Source: Carpediemonas membranifera BICM (Eukaryota; Protista; Fornicata). From it: a stretch of 64,000 bases of DNA. Below, piece by piece: positions 18,386 to 29,353 of the stretch (position 1 is its first letter; each line of letters starts with the position of its first letter). The DNA lies in the NCBI GenBank assembly GCA_019828565.1, contig JAHDYR010000030.1:112484-176483 (forward strand), given 5' to 3'. A program made the translations under genes and the position numbers. The notes beneath the pieces are model-generated. The model saw only the letters and a list, made by a program, of their open reading frames with translations, did no database searches and had not been told where the DNA came from.

Positions 18386-18901
18386 ATGAGCACTGACGGA
18401 GACGATGATCGGCTGCTGTCCTTAGAGGATCTGGAGGACGACAAGATGATCGATGATTTAATCATGGAGCAAGCGAATAAGCAAGCTAACCAGTATCTCT
18501 ACCTGCAGCAGCTTCGGAACGATTACGAGCGAATCGTGCGGTTCAGAGAAGATGTAGCGGGACGAAAGAAGATTGCTCTATCACAGCTCAAGACGCAAGA
18601 GGAGCGACATGTGGTGAAGCTCCGAGAGCTCGACAATCGACGCCTCCACCAGACTGCGAGCTTCAAAAAGACGGAGGAAGCGCTTCAGCGGCGGCGGGAG
18701 TACCTAGAGCAGCGCAAAGTCGATCTCACCACTGCGCTGGCGGAGAGGAATGCACTGGCAGAGAAGGTCGACTCTGCCAAGGCCAGCATGGCTGCACGGC
18801 AGCGTGAAATGGTGGTGGAGATCGAGCAGCTCCACCGGGAGTGCCAGGAGACGATGCTGCGGGTCCAGGCTGCGAAGATGATTGTCGACGGAGACGAGTG
18901 A
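18386..18901 (+). CDS. Small coiled-coil protein
   Basis: 171-aa ORF with heptad pattern. Confidence 0.7.
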   Translation: MSTDGDDDRLLSLEDLEDDKMIDDLIMEQANKQANQYLYLQQLRNDYERIVRFREDVAGRKKIALSQLKTQEERHVVKLRELDNRRLHQTASFKKTEEALQRRREYLEQRKVDLTTALAERNALAEKVDSAKASMAARQREMVVEIEQLHRECQETMLRVQAAKMIVDGDE

Positions 18902-19064
18902 GTCTTTCCTTTAGTGACATGCGATTTTTAAGATATTTTTTAAAGCGATCGTTAGGGTTTCTCAGCCTAGGGCGGATTGACTTGGTGGGCAGTCACAGGT
19001 TGACCTGAGAGCGCGCTGAGACGGCTGCAAGAAAAAAAGTCGACACGATAACCGAACAACATTG

Positions 19065-22000
19065 ATGGCCAAAAACAAGGGGCGCAGCCGCCGCAAGTCT
19101 GCTCAGCAGCGCAAGCGTTCAAATTCAACAGCAGTTCCAGCCGATAAGCCAGAACTGAAGGAGCACGCTCCTGTTGTTGAAGTACCCGCGGAAACCAAGT
19201 ATGACGGCGACGAAACCACGAACGAAGCCATCTCGGATGATGAAGTTGAGAACCACGCTTCTCCCAACAAGGAGGAGCTCATCGAGCCGATTGAAGAAGA
19301 GACCGCCGCCGAGGAGACCAAGCCCGAGGAGGCCGCCGTCGAGGAGCCTGCCGTCGAGGAGGCCGCCGCCGAGGAGACCAAGCCCGAGGAGACCGCCGTC
19401 GAGGAGGCCAAGCCCGAGGAGGCCAAGCCCGAGGAGGCCGCCGTCGAGGAGCCTGCCGTCGAGGAGGCCGCCGCCGAGGAGACCGCCGTCGAGGAGGCCA
19501 AGCCCGAGGAGACCGCCGTCGAGGAGACCGCCGTCGAGGAGCCTGCCGTCGAGGAGGCCAAGCCCGAGGAGGCCGCCGTCGAGGAGCCTGCCGTCGAGGA
19601 GGCCAAGCCCGAGGAGGCCAAGCCCGAGGAGACCGCCGTCGAGGAGCCTGCCGTCGAGGAGGCCAAGCCCGAGGAGGCCGCCGTCGAGGAGCCTGCCGTC
19701 GAGGAGGCCGCCGCCGAGGAGACCGCCGTCGAGGAGCCTGCCGTCGAGGAGGCCAAGCCCGAGGAGGCCGCCGTCGAGGAGCCTGCCGTCGAGGAGGCCG
19801 CCGCCGAGGAGACCAAGCCCGAGGAGACCGCCGTCGAGGAGGCCAAGCCCGAGGAGACCGCCGTCGAGGAGGCCAAGCCCGAGGAGACCGCCGTCGAGGA
19901 GCCTGCCGTCGAGGAGGCCAAGCCCGAGGAGGCCGCCGTCGAGGAGCCTGCCGTCGAGGAGGCCGCCGCCGAGGAGACCGCCGTCGAGGAGCCTGCCGTC
20001 GAGGAGGCCAAGCCCGAGGAGGCCAAGCCCGAGGAGACCGCCGTCGAGGAGCCTGCCGTCGAGGAGGCCGCCGTCGAGGAGGCCGCCGTCGAAGAGCCTG
20101 CCGTCGAGGAGGCCAAGCCCGAGGAGGCCGCCGTCGAGGAGCCTGCCGTCGAGGAGGCCGCCGCCGAGGAGACCGCCGTCGAGGAGCCTGCCGTCGAGGA
20201 GCCTGCCGTCGAGGAGGCCAAGCCCGAGGAGACCGCCGCCGAGGAGACCGCCGTCGAAGAGCCTGCCGTCGAGGAGGCCAAGCCCGAGGAGGCCGCCGTC
20301 GAGGAGCCTGCCGTCGAGGAGGCCGCCGCCGAGGAGACCGCCGTCGAAGAGACCGCCGTCGAGGAGGCCAAGCCCGAGGAGGCCAAGCCCGAGGAGACCG
20401 CCGTCGAGGAGCCTGCCGTCGAGGAGGCCGCCGTCGAGGAGGCCGCCGCCGAGGAGACCAAGCCCGAGGAGACCGCCGTCGAAGAGCCTGCCGTCGAGGA
20501 GGCCAAGCCCGAGGAGACCGCCGTCGAGGAGACCGCCGTCGAAGAGCCTGCCGTCGAGGAGGCCAAGCCCGAGGAGACCGCCGCCGAGGAGACCGCCGTC
20601 GAAGAGCCTGCCGTCGAGGAGGCCAAGCCCGAGGAGGCCGCCGTCGAGGAGCCTGCCGTCGAGGAGGCCGCCGCCGAGGAGACCAAGCCCGAGGAGCCTG
20701 CCGTCGAGGAGGCCAAGCCCGAGGAGACCGCCGTCGAGGAGCCTGCCGTCGAGGAGCCTGCCGTCGAGGAGGCCAAGCCCGAGGAGACCGCCGTCGAGGA
20801 GGCCAAGCCCGAGGAGGCCGCCGTCGAGGAGGCCGCCGTCGAAGAGCCTGCCGTCGAGGAGGCCAAGCCCGAGGAGACCGCCGTCGAGAGCCTGCCGTCG
20901 AGGAGGCCGCCGTCGAGAGGCCGCCGCCGAGCGAGGAGACCGCCGTCGAAGAGCCTGCCGTCGAGGAGGCCAAGCCCGAGGAGACCGCCGTCGAGGAGAC
21001 CGCCGTCGAAGAGCCTGCCGTCGAGGAGGCCAAGCCCGAGGAGACCGCCGCCGAGGAGACCGCCGTCGAAGAGCCTGCCGTCGAGGAGGCCAAGCCCGAG
21101 GAGGCCGCCGTCGAGGAGCCTGCCGTCGAGGAGGCCGCCGCCGAGGAGACCAAGCCCGAGGAGCCTGCCGTCGAGGAGGCCAAGCCCGAGGAGACCGCCG
21201 TCGAGGAGCCTGCCGTCGAGGAGCCTGCCGTCGAGGAGGCCAAGCCCGAGGAGACCGCCGTCGAGGAGCCTGCCGTCGAGGAGGCCGCCGCCGAGGAGAC
21301 CAAGCCCGAGGAGACCGCCGTCGAGAGCCTGCCGTCGAGGAGGCCAAGCCCGAGGAGACCGCCGTCGAGAGCCTGCCGTCGAGGAGGCCGCCGTCGAGGA
21401 GGCCAAGCCCGAGGAGCCTGCCGTCGAGGAGGCCAAGCCCGAGGAGGCCAAGCCCGAGGAGGCCGCCGTCGAGAGCCTGCCGTCGAGGAGGCCAAGCCCG
21501 AGGAGACCGCCGTCGAGGAGCCCGCCGTCGAGGAGCCTGCCGTCGAGGAGGCCAAGCCCGAGGAGACCGCCGCCGAGGAGACCGCCGTCGAAGAGCCTGC
21601 CGTCGAGGAGGCCAAGCCCGAGGAGGCCGCCGTCGAGGAGCCTGCCGTCGAGGAGGCCGCCGCCGAGGAGACCAAGCCCGAGGAGCCTGCCGTCGAGGAG
21701 GCCAAGCCCGAGGAGACCGCCGTCGAGGAGCCTGCCGTCGAGGAGCCTGCCGTCGAGGAGGCCAAGCCCGAGAGACCGCCGTCGAGGAGGCCGCCGTCGA
21801 GGAGGCCGCCGCCGAGGAGACCGCCGTCGAAGAGCCTGCCGTCGAGGAGGCCAAGCCCGAGGAGGCCGCCGTCGAGGAGCCTGCCGTCGAGGAGGCCGCC
21901 GCCGAGGAGACCGCCGTCGAGGAGCCTGCCGTCGAGGAGGCCAAGCCCGAGGAGGCCGCCGTCGAGGAGACCGCCGTCGAGGAGCCTGCCGTCGAGGAGG

Positions 22001-23911
22001 CCGCCGTCGAGGAGACCGCCGTCGAAGAGCCTGCCGTCGAGGAGACCAAGCCCGAGGAGACCGCCGTCGAAGAGCCTGCCGTCGAGGAGGCCAAGCCCGA
22101 GGAGACCGCCGTCGAGGAGACCGCCGTCGAGGAGGCCGCCGTCGAGAGCCGCCGTCGAGGAGGCCAAGCCCGAGGAGACCGCCGTCGAGGAGCCTGCCGT
22201 CGAGGAGGCCGCCGTCGAGGAGGCCAAGCCCGAGGAGGCCGCCGTCGAGGAGGCCAAGCCCGAGGAGGCCGCCGAGGAGACCGCCGTCGAGGAGCCTGCC
22301 GTCGAGGAGGCCAAGCCCGAGGAGGCCGCCGCCGAGGAGACCGCCGTCGAGGAGCCTGCCGTCGAGGAGGCCAAGCCCGAGGAGACCGCCGTCGAAGAGA
22401 CCGCCGTCGAGGAGGCCAAGCCCGAGGAGGCCAAGCCCGAGGAGACCGCCGTCGAAGGAGCCCGCCGTCGAGGAGGCCAAGCCCGAGGAGGCCGCCGTCG
22501 AGAGCCGCCGAGGAGCCGCCCGAGGAGGCCGCCGTCGAGGAGGCCAAGCCCGAGGAGACCGCCGTCGAGAGCCGCCGTCGAGGAGGCCAAGCCCGAGGAG
22601 GCCGCCGTCGAGGAGCCTGCCGTCGAGGAGGCCGCCGCCGAGGAGACCGCCGTCGAGGAGGCCAAGCCCGAGGAGGCCGCCGTCGAGGAGCCTGCCGTCG
22701 AGGAGGCCAAGCCCGAGGAGGCCGCCGCCGAGGAGACCGCCGTCGAGGAGGCCAAGCCCGAGGAGACCGCCGTCGAGGAGGCCAAGCCCGAGGAGGCCGC
22801 CGTCGAGGAGGCCGCCGTCGAGGAGGCCGCCGCCGAGGAGACCAAGCCCGAGGAGGCCGCCGTCGAGGAGCCTGCCGTCGACTCGCTTGACCTCGAGTCT
22901 GACCTGGACGAGCCTGTCGAGGTCCCCGCCGACCTCAGCCTCCAGCGTGTCGGGGAGGTCACCGACGTGGGCGCCGAGATCGCCCGCATCGAGCGGGTAC
23001 GCCTTATCCGAATCAGAGAGGAGAAGGTGCAGAGGGCCAGGGAGGACAGAGACAGGAAGAAGCGCGAGGCAGCCGAGGCGGTGCTCAAGCGGCAGCGGGA
23101 CGTCGACGCTGCTCGCACCCGCCGGGCTCTTGAGATGAGGGAGGCGTTTAAGCAGATCGAGGTCGACCGGCGGATCGAGCGGGAGCGTGCTAAGATCGAC
23201 AAGGCCATCCACGAGAGCAGCTCCCGCCGTGCCTACGTCCAGGGCCTACTAACCCGACTCCGCAACCCCACATCTGACGTCCCCGTCGAGAAGAAGCCGG
23301 TGAGAGCCAAGAAGCCCAGGGCCAGGCAGACCCCTAAGCCGGCCACCCCCGTCAAGACGCCGGTAGTGCCCCGCCTCCCCGTGTCCGTCTCCTCCGAGGA
23401 CCGCGCCAAGAGGGACGCCCAAGGACAACTCCGGTCCATCCAGGGCAACGTTGGGAGAGACAGACTCGAGGTTGAAGCGTATGACCTCGGCGCCAAGGAG
23501 GAGGAAACAGCCCTCGCCGACCTGACCCGCGGCATGCGTGACACGTACGCCCTATCCCCTGAGCAATCCCGGGCTGATAAGGAGCGGGGTCTGCAGGAGA
23601 GCAGGCTGGTGGCACAGGCAAGAAGGAAGTCGTTGCAGATGGGGGCTGAGTCAAACAGGGACTACGCGGCCAAGAAGAACAGGGCTGTGAAGGAGCTCGG
23701 GTTCCTCGAGTCGTCTCCCAGGGCGGTGAAGCCGGTCAAGACCACCCCAGTCACCCCGGAGATGATGGCCAGACCCGCCACAGCCACGTCACTCAGACAG
23801 GCGGTAACTGGCCGTCGCACCCCTGCGGCTAGCGCCCCCGGTAGCCGCATCCCATCCGCACAGGGAAGGCCGGCGACAGCTAGCGGCAAGCCTAGTGAGA
23901 GGAGCCTTTGA
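19065..23911 (+). CDS. Glu-rich pentapeptide-repeat protein with coiled-coil/basic C-terminus (frameshifted in this assembly)
   Basis: Unique N-terminus, EE(P/A/T)(AV/KP/AA) repeats whose last clean units read in frame into the 22967..23911 ORF; mostly single-base indels interrupt the array between about 20885 and 22570. Confidence 0.75.
19296..22880. repeat. Degenerate 15-bp coding minisatellite GAGGAG(GCC/ACC/CCT)(GCCGTC/AAGCCC/GCCGCC)
   Basis: Roughly 240 shuffled units over about 3.6 kb. Confidence 0.95.
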
Positions 23912-24023
23912 TAAATGATCGGAGTTAAGTGTGTTAGGTGGTCGCGGTAGGCCTCTGAGTGGTCATCTTGCGGTTGGTTTGACTTCTCCCAAAGTTGAAA
24001 AGAACATTTCGCAACGGCGACAG

Positions 24024-25925
24024 ATGGAAGACAGCTGTAGCCCGAGTGGAACGGCGCTGTTCAGCGTTAAGGACAGGATGGCGCTGTTTGAGCAGTACGC
24101 TGCGATCCTTAACCCCCAGGCACCCGTCCAAGAGCCGCTTGGCGTCATATACTCCTCAGGTCTTGCGCCAAGGTCTCGCAGACCGCTCGGAGCGTTCCTA
24201 GCAAAGGCTGCGGAGGACAAGGCGGATGCAGAAGAAGTCATGAGTAGGTCTACGTCTGCAATGGACGATTATGCACCTGCCAAGAAGGTGGAGCCCAAGA
24301 AGGAGACCAAAGCAGCAAGAGACAGCAAGCGGAACCGCCCAAAGACAGGCCCAGCAGGCAGGACCAAGCGTACAGACGGGCCAGGTATTGTGGCGCCGTC
24401 GACGTGCTTCAACGAGTCCGCTGCAGGCCGGCCCATGCGGGTACAGACAGCCGGGGCCGCACGGACGAGACAGCAGATCACAGTGAACCTGACGCCCAAG
24501 GGGAAGAAGAGGCTGCCGTCAGCGGACATGACCCGGACGATTGTAGCCCCGCCCCCGGAGTACGCCGACCTGCAGGACCTGTTCAGCATCAGAGGGGACT
24601 TGCGGACCAGGAGCAGTGGTAGACCTGCGGCAAACACCCCCGTGCCAGAGCCAGAGGACGCCGCCCTCTTTGATGATGCGGCCGTCGTTCCCAAGCCAGT
24701 CCGAGTTCCACCCAGACAGGAGTCGCCCATCCCAACGCAACAAGAGCCCGTCGCAGTGATACGGGCACCCCCAGCGGAACCACCTGCTCGCCCCAAGACG
24801 TCAGCGGCGCCAGTGCCCAGGGTGCCCATACAGGAGGTGGAGGATTACGATGCCGACGCTATGCCGTCACCGTTGATTTTGCCCTCCGCGAGGTCTCGGA
24901 GCAGTAGACGTCCGGGTCGACCTAAAACTGCACTGACTGCAACCGGAGTGCAGACCGAGGGTGGCGGGCTGATGAGCACTGAGGCGCACGAGCGGCTATT
25001 GGAGGAACGGACGAGGAAGCTGACTGCAATGTTCCAAGACAAGCTGAAGAAGCAGCATTCACTGCTGCAAGCTTCTGTAAGAAAGAGCGCGGCGGACGCC
25101 AACCAGCACGCCAAGGAGATGGAGGCACAGACGGAGGCCAAGGTCGACGAGTACACAGAGAAGGTCCTCTCGCTGGCCGAGGAGAACGCCGAGCTGAAGA
25201 GGAAGCAGGGGGAGATGGAGGAGCTGCTCAGGGCAGTTCAGGAGTCCGCAGCAGAGGAGGCGGAGGCCCGGCAGCAGGCCAGGCAGGAGAGTGGCCGCGG
25301 TGTGAACGTGCCAGCACTCGTGGCTAAGTTCTTGCCGCCCGACCGGCTCAGGACACTGGCGGAGCTCAACATCGCGACCCTGGCTAAGCTGGCTGACGTC
25401 GGACAGAGGACCGGCAAGGAACTCACCGGTGTGCTCGACTCGAGAGCAGTTGACCTCGTCTGTCTCTCTTGTCTGGAGCCATTCAGCAGCACAAGCGGAG
25501 TGATGGTACTCGTCCCATGTGGCCATGGCATGTGCGCCGCATGTTGTGCCAAACACCCCAACGGCTTCCCACCCTTCTGCCACATCTGTGGTCATCCAGT
25601 CGCCCGAGTCGCTAGGAATCTGGTTGTCGAATCAGTGGCGGCCAGACAGGAGTTCGCCTCACAGGTGGGTGACCGGCTTATGACGGTCCTTGAGCTGCTG
25701 AGAGAGGTCTCTGAGCATGTTTCCGACAATACCAGAGACATCCTCGACATCTGCACCATGGGAGCTGACTTGGTCAACCCAAGGAGCAAGACACCAAAGA
25801 AGGGGCGGGTCGTGAAGAAGCATGTGGGGGAGAAGAAGAAGGCAGTGGCCCAGCAGAAGAAGACCAAGACCGAGCGAGCACGGAAGAAGGTATGTGATAC
25901 CCCCATCGAGATGCTCAAGCTGTAG
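24024..25925 (+). CDS. Disordered/coiled-coil protein with C-terminal C3HC4 RING finger
   Basis: CLSC...PCGHGMCAACC...CHIC; TGTAAA at 25963. Confidence 0.8.
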   Translation: MEDSCSPSGTALFSVKDRMALFEQYAAILNPQAPVQEPLGVIYSSGLAPRSRRPLGAFLAKAAEDKADAEEVMSRSTSAMDDYAPAKKVEPKKETKAARDSKRNRPKTGPAGRTKRTDGPGIVAPSTCFNESAAGRPMRVQTAGAARTRQQITVNLTPKGKKRLPSADMTRTIVAPPPEYADLQDLFSIRGDLRTRSSGRPAANTPVPEPEDAALFDDAAVVPKPVRVPPRQESPIPTQQEPVAVIRAPPAEPPARPKTSAAPVPRVPIQEVEDYDADAMPSPLILPSARSRSSRRPGRPKTALTATGVQTEGGGLMSTEAHERLLEERTRKLTAMFQDKLKKQHSLLQASVRKSAADANQHAKEMEAQTEAKVDEYTEKVLSLAEENAELKRKQGEMEELLRAVQESAAEEAEARQQARQESGRGVNVPALVAKFLPPDRLRTLAELNIATLAKLADVGQRTGKELTGVLDSRAVDLVCLSCLEPFSSTSGVMVLVPCGHGMCAACCAKHPNGFPPFCHICGHPVARVARNLVVESVAARQEFASQVGDRLMTVLELLREVSEHVSDNTRDILDICTMGADLVNPRSKTPKKGRVVKKHVGEKKKAVAQQKKTKTERARKKVCDTPIEMLKL

Positions 25926-26070
25926 GTATTTACGGCTGTTATGTATTGTATTGTAATACTACTGTAAACCCGCGTGGTCTCTTTATTAAGTGCAGAAAAA
26001 CGCTTCTCAGGTGCCCCTGGCTTGACTGGAGGCGGTCCAATCCTGCACCAGCGAGGGCCAACCCAGCTGA

Positions 26071-27742
26071 ATGCCGGAGATGGCATTAGGATACACACAG
26101 CGACCATACTCGGCCCTCGCGGCAGGCCCTGTCTATAGCCTCAGTCAGAGCGACTCCAGGTCGGACTTGAAGATGATGGTCGTTCAGGAGGCGTTTCAGC
26201 GGCTGGACGCCTGGATCGACGCTTCTCGCGCTCACCTCGCCGCCATGTGCTCTTCAGCGCCCAAGAGCGGCAGAGACGTCCAGCGTGACGCAATGATTGG
26301 CTTACATTCCGTCATTTCGCGCAACTATGCGGATTTGCCTGGCGACATTCCCACTCTCATGCGAGAGGCCTTCACTCGCGAGTTCGGCGAGGAGATCCCG
26401 GGCGCAGATGGCAATGCCAGGCAGGCCACAGCGGAGGAGGCGACGAGCACGCTCTCGACCCTCGACCTCCACCATCGCAGTGCCATCAGCTTTGTCAACA
26501 GGATTGTCGCTTTTCTTTCACAACACCCCCCGCTGTCCATGAACGTCGAGCTCGCAGAGGGGCAGGAGCTCCCGGCAGCCCTGCACACGCTCAACCAGGG
26601 CACGCTGTGGGCGTGCCTACTGGGTGGCGGGCCAACCCCGACCTCGAGGACAGGGTGCTGGAATGGTGTCGAAAGGCACAGCTACCTGATAGAAAGACAC
26701 AAGAGAAGATACAAGTAATCCTCAACGCTCTCACCCCCGAGGCCAAGTGCCTCTGGTTCCTCTGCCGCAAGTTCTTCTTCACGTTGAACGTCGCCGAGAA
26801 GGACGGCGAGTGCCTTCAGCGCACTTGGTACGACAGATGCTACCACCACCGCATGTATATGGGCCGCCTCTTCATGCTCGACACGAGACACCACACCACC
26901 CTCACTAGGGCCAGGATGCCCAGGGCACTCGAGGTCTACAGTTATGGGTGCACCCACATCGCCAGGACCCCCAAGGGCCTGTGGGGCTGGGGAGAGAGCC
27001 ATGTTGGTCAGCTGGGGTTCAGGTCAGCAAGTTATCATTTTGTTGACCCAACCCGCCACACCTTCTCCGCCTGCCCCAAGGTCGCCGAGCTCGAGGCCAG
27101 CCTGCCCCACTGGGAGAAGCACAGGATGGTGACTGGTGTGTCGAGATATGAATATCAGACGTTCATACTCACCCCAGCTGGAACTGTCATGTCTGGTCAT
27201 TCTTCAGAATCGTATGTCGGCCCAGTCGGCAAGTGATCAGCGGGAGCAACAGGAATGGCCAGCTGGGGCTCGGACACAAGACTGGGATGACTGGCTTTGT
27301 TGACTTGCCATTCAGGGTCGACCAGACCATTCATTCTTCTGCCTTCAACGTATTCCTCAGTGGCCGCCAGCTGCTGTTTGCTGGTCGAGTTTCACATCTT
27401 ATAACTCGGTCGGGCCTGCTTCGAGGGTTCAGCAGTGACGAAGAATGCCTCACACCCACTCCGCTCCGGTTTTCGGAGAAGGTCCAGGGGTTCTTACGTT
27501 CTCGTCGCCATCTGATCTGGGTGACTGAAGGCCAGTCCCATTTGTGCAGCGAATACTTTGAGCCGTTCGTCATCCCCTTCAAGGTTACTGCATTCGACAA
27601 CTACGGCACGTTCCGTGACGCGTCTGGCAAATGGGTCAAGGCGACACGTCGCTCGAGCGTGGTGTGCGAGACGCCGACTCATTCCGATGTGTATAACGTT
27701 ATCCACATCGACGTCGACCCGTGGACTCCGGACGCAGAGTGA
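26071..27742 (+). pseudogene. Disrupted RCC1-like family gene (paralog of 13497-15158)
   Basis: Three overlapping ORFs; frame change near 26630 (GGG run), stop/frame break at 27233-27236; GLWGWGESHVGQLG and SGSNRNGQLGLGH repeats; FLCRKF shared with FMCRKF of the paralog. Confidence 0.7.
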
Positions 27743-27991
27743 AGATGCGACTGAGCTGAGTTGATTTGGATCCAAGTCGGCTTCCCAGTTGATTGATAAA
27801 TCACCGTCCGGAAGGCCTGGGAATGGTCTCAATTCTATGAAGGAGGACTGGCTCGACTCATTCATTTTGACAACTCTTGTGATCACGGACCCAATGATGG
27901 TGTGGACAACTGGGCTACAGCGACCTCAAAAGCGAGCATCCTTATGGTGCGAAATGAGGCGGTTTCCTCGGGATTGATTCTACAGTGTTCG

Positions 27992-29113
27992 ATGAAGATA
28001 ACGAAGAAGTGGCTGAAGAAACTTTGCCAAGAACAGCAATTATATAGCACCCCCAGCTGCAATGAAGTTCTGTACCTTCACTTCAAAGGAATCGAGAAAA
28101 TCGAGAATTTGGAGGAGTACGTCAACTTGGCAACACTTTGGCTCGAGGGAAATGCTATTACGACTATAGAGAACCTGGATCATCTTGAGAAGTCGCTCCG
28201 TTGCCTCTATCTCCAGGAGAACGGCATCGAGACAATCAGCGGCCTCACCAGCCTCAAAGCGCTGGCACAGGTCAATCTGAGCGACAACCAGATCAAGAGC
28301 ATCGATCAGGACTCGTTTGCTGGTCTGGATCAGCTTACGAGCGTTCAGCTATGCCGCAATCGTCTCCAAGACATCTCTGGTCTGGCCGGACTCGTCGCCA
28401 TCCCCAACCTGTCGACTCTAGACCTCACTGGGAACAACATAGCTGACGTCCGCGTGCTGGAGCAGGTGTTTATGAAGATGCCGAGCCTGAAGGTCCTGAT
28501 GCTAGTCGGCAATGAAGTCATCAAATCAATGTCAACCATCGGGGTGCCGTACAGATTTACGATGGTGGCGGCACTCGAGACGCTCACATACCTTGACGAC
28601 AAGCCCGTGTTCGATGACGAGCGTCGTGCCGTGCCCGCATGGAAGGCCGCGGGCGGACTCCGCCTGTACCTTGAGAGGGGGACCCTCTCTGACGACGAGA
28701 AGCGCCAGATCAAGATGGCAGCAGGCGAGGCGATGCGAGTGGAGCGTGAGGCCATCCGGGTCGAGAAGGAGGCCGCGCACCGCAAGAACATGGATGATTT
28801 CGAGCAGATGATCCGGCAGGCCCGCATTGACAAGGGCCTCGACCCAGACGACTGTCCGCTGTTTAGAAAGACCGCGGGGGCGGGGGAAGAAGAGGCAGAC
28901 GAGGACATGCCCGGCCTCGAGGACGAGGAGGGCGAGGACGTGGAGACGGGGGAGGAGAGTGCTGCAGCTGGGGTCGAGGGTGAGGGTGAGACCGATGAGC
29001 CTGAGGACGGGGAGGCTTCTCCTGATCCCGCTGAGGCTGTGCAGGGCGACAGTACGTTCCTGACAACAGCAGAAGATGAGGCTAGCGAGGTGGACGTGGA
29101 CGAGGTGGACTAG
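27992..29113 (+). CDS. DNAAF1: Dynein axonemal assembly factor 1 (LRRC50/ODA7)-like LRR protein
   Basis: LCQEQQLYSTPSCNEVLYLHFKGIEKIENLEEY..LWLEGNAI, SDS22-type LRRs, LTYLDDKPVFDDERR cap, acidic tail. Confidence 0.88.
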   Translation: MKITKKWLKKLCQEQQLYSTPSCNEVLYLHFKGIEKIENLEEYVNLATLWLEGNAITTIENLDHLEKSLRCLYLQENGIETISGLTSLKALAQVNLSDNQIKSIDQDSFAGLDQLTSVQLCRNRLQDISGLAGLVAIPNLSTLDLTGNNIADVRVLEQVFMKMPSLKVLMLVGNEVIKSMSTIGVPYRFTMVAALETLTYLDDKPVFDDERRAVPAWKAAGGLRLYLERGTLSDDEKRQIKMAAGEAMRVEREAIRVEKEAAHRKNMDDFEQMIRQARIDKGLDPDDCPLFRKTAGAGEEEADEDMPGLEDEEGEDVETGEESAAAGVEGEGETDEPEDGEASPDPAEAVQGDSTFLTTAEDEASEVDVDEVD

Positions 29114-29353
29114 GCCTCTGTATTTATATGTTACGCCATGTTTAAATTTGTCAGGATCAGCGACATCTCAGATTGTGGAAGATCTTGCAAATTGGTTGGC
29201 TGATATTTGATCGAGCCAATATCGACCCCGGCGGAGGATCGCTAGAAATTGGAGAGACAGGTAAAGGCGTGGTTCTGCACTCGGTGGCATCTGACATCAC
29301 CCGGGTCATCCGAGATCAAATCAAATTTCGTACCGAAGTCGCTCATCACGGAA

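Noticed and set aside
19103-23212. Very long minus-strand and Arg-rich alternative-frame ORFs
   Set aside because: By-products of the stop-free 15-bp minisatellite
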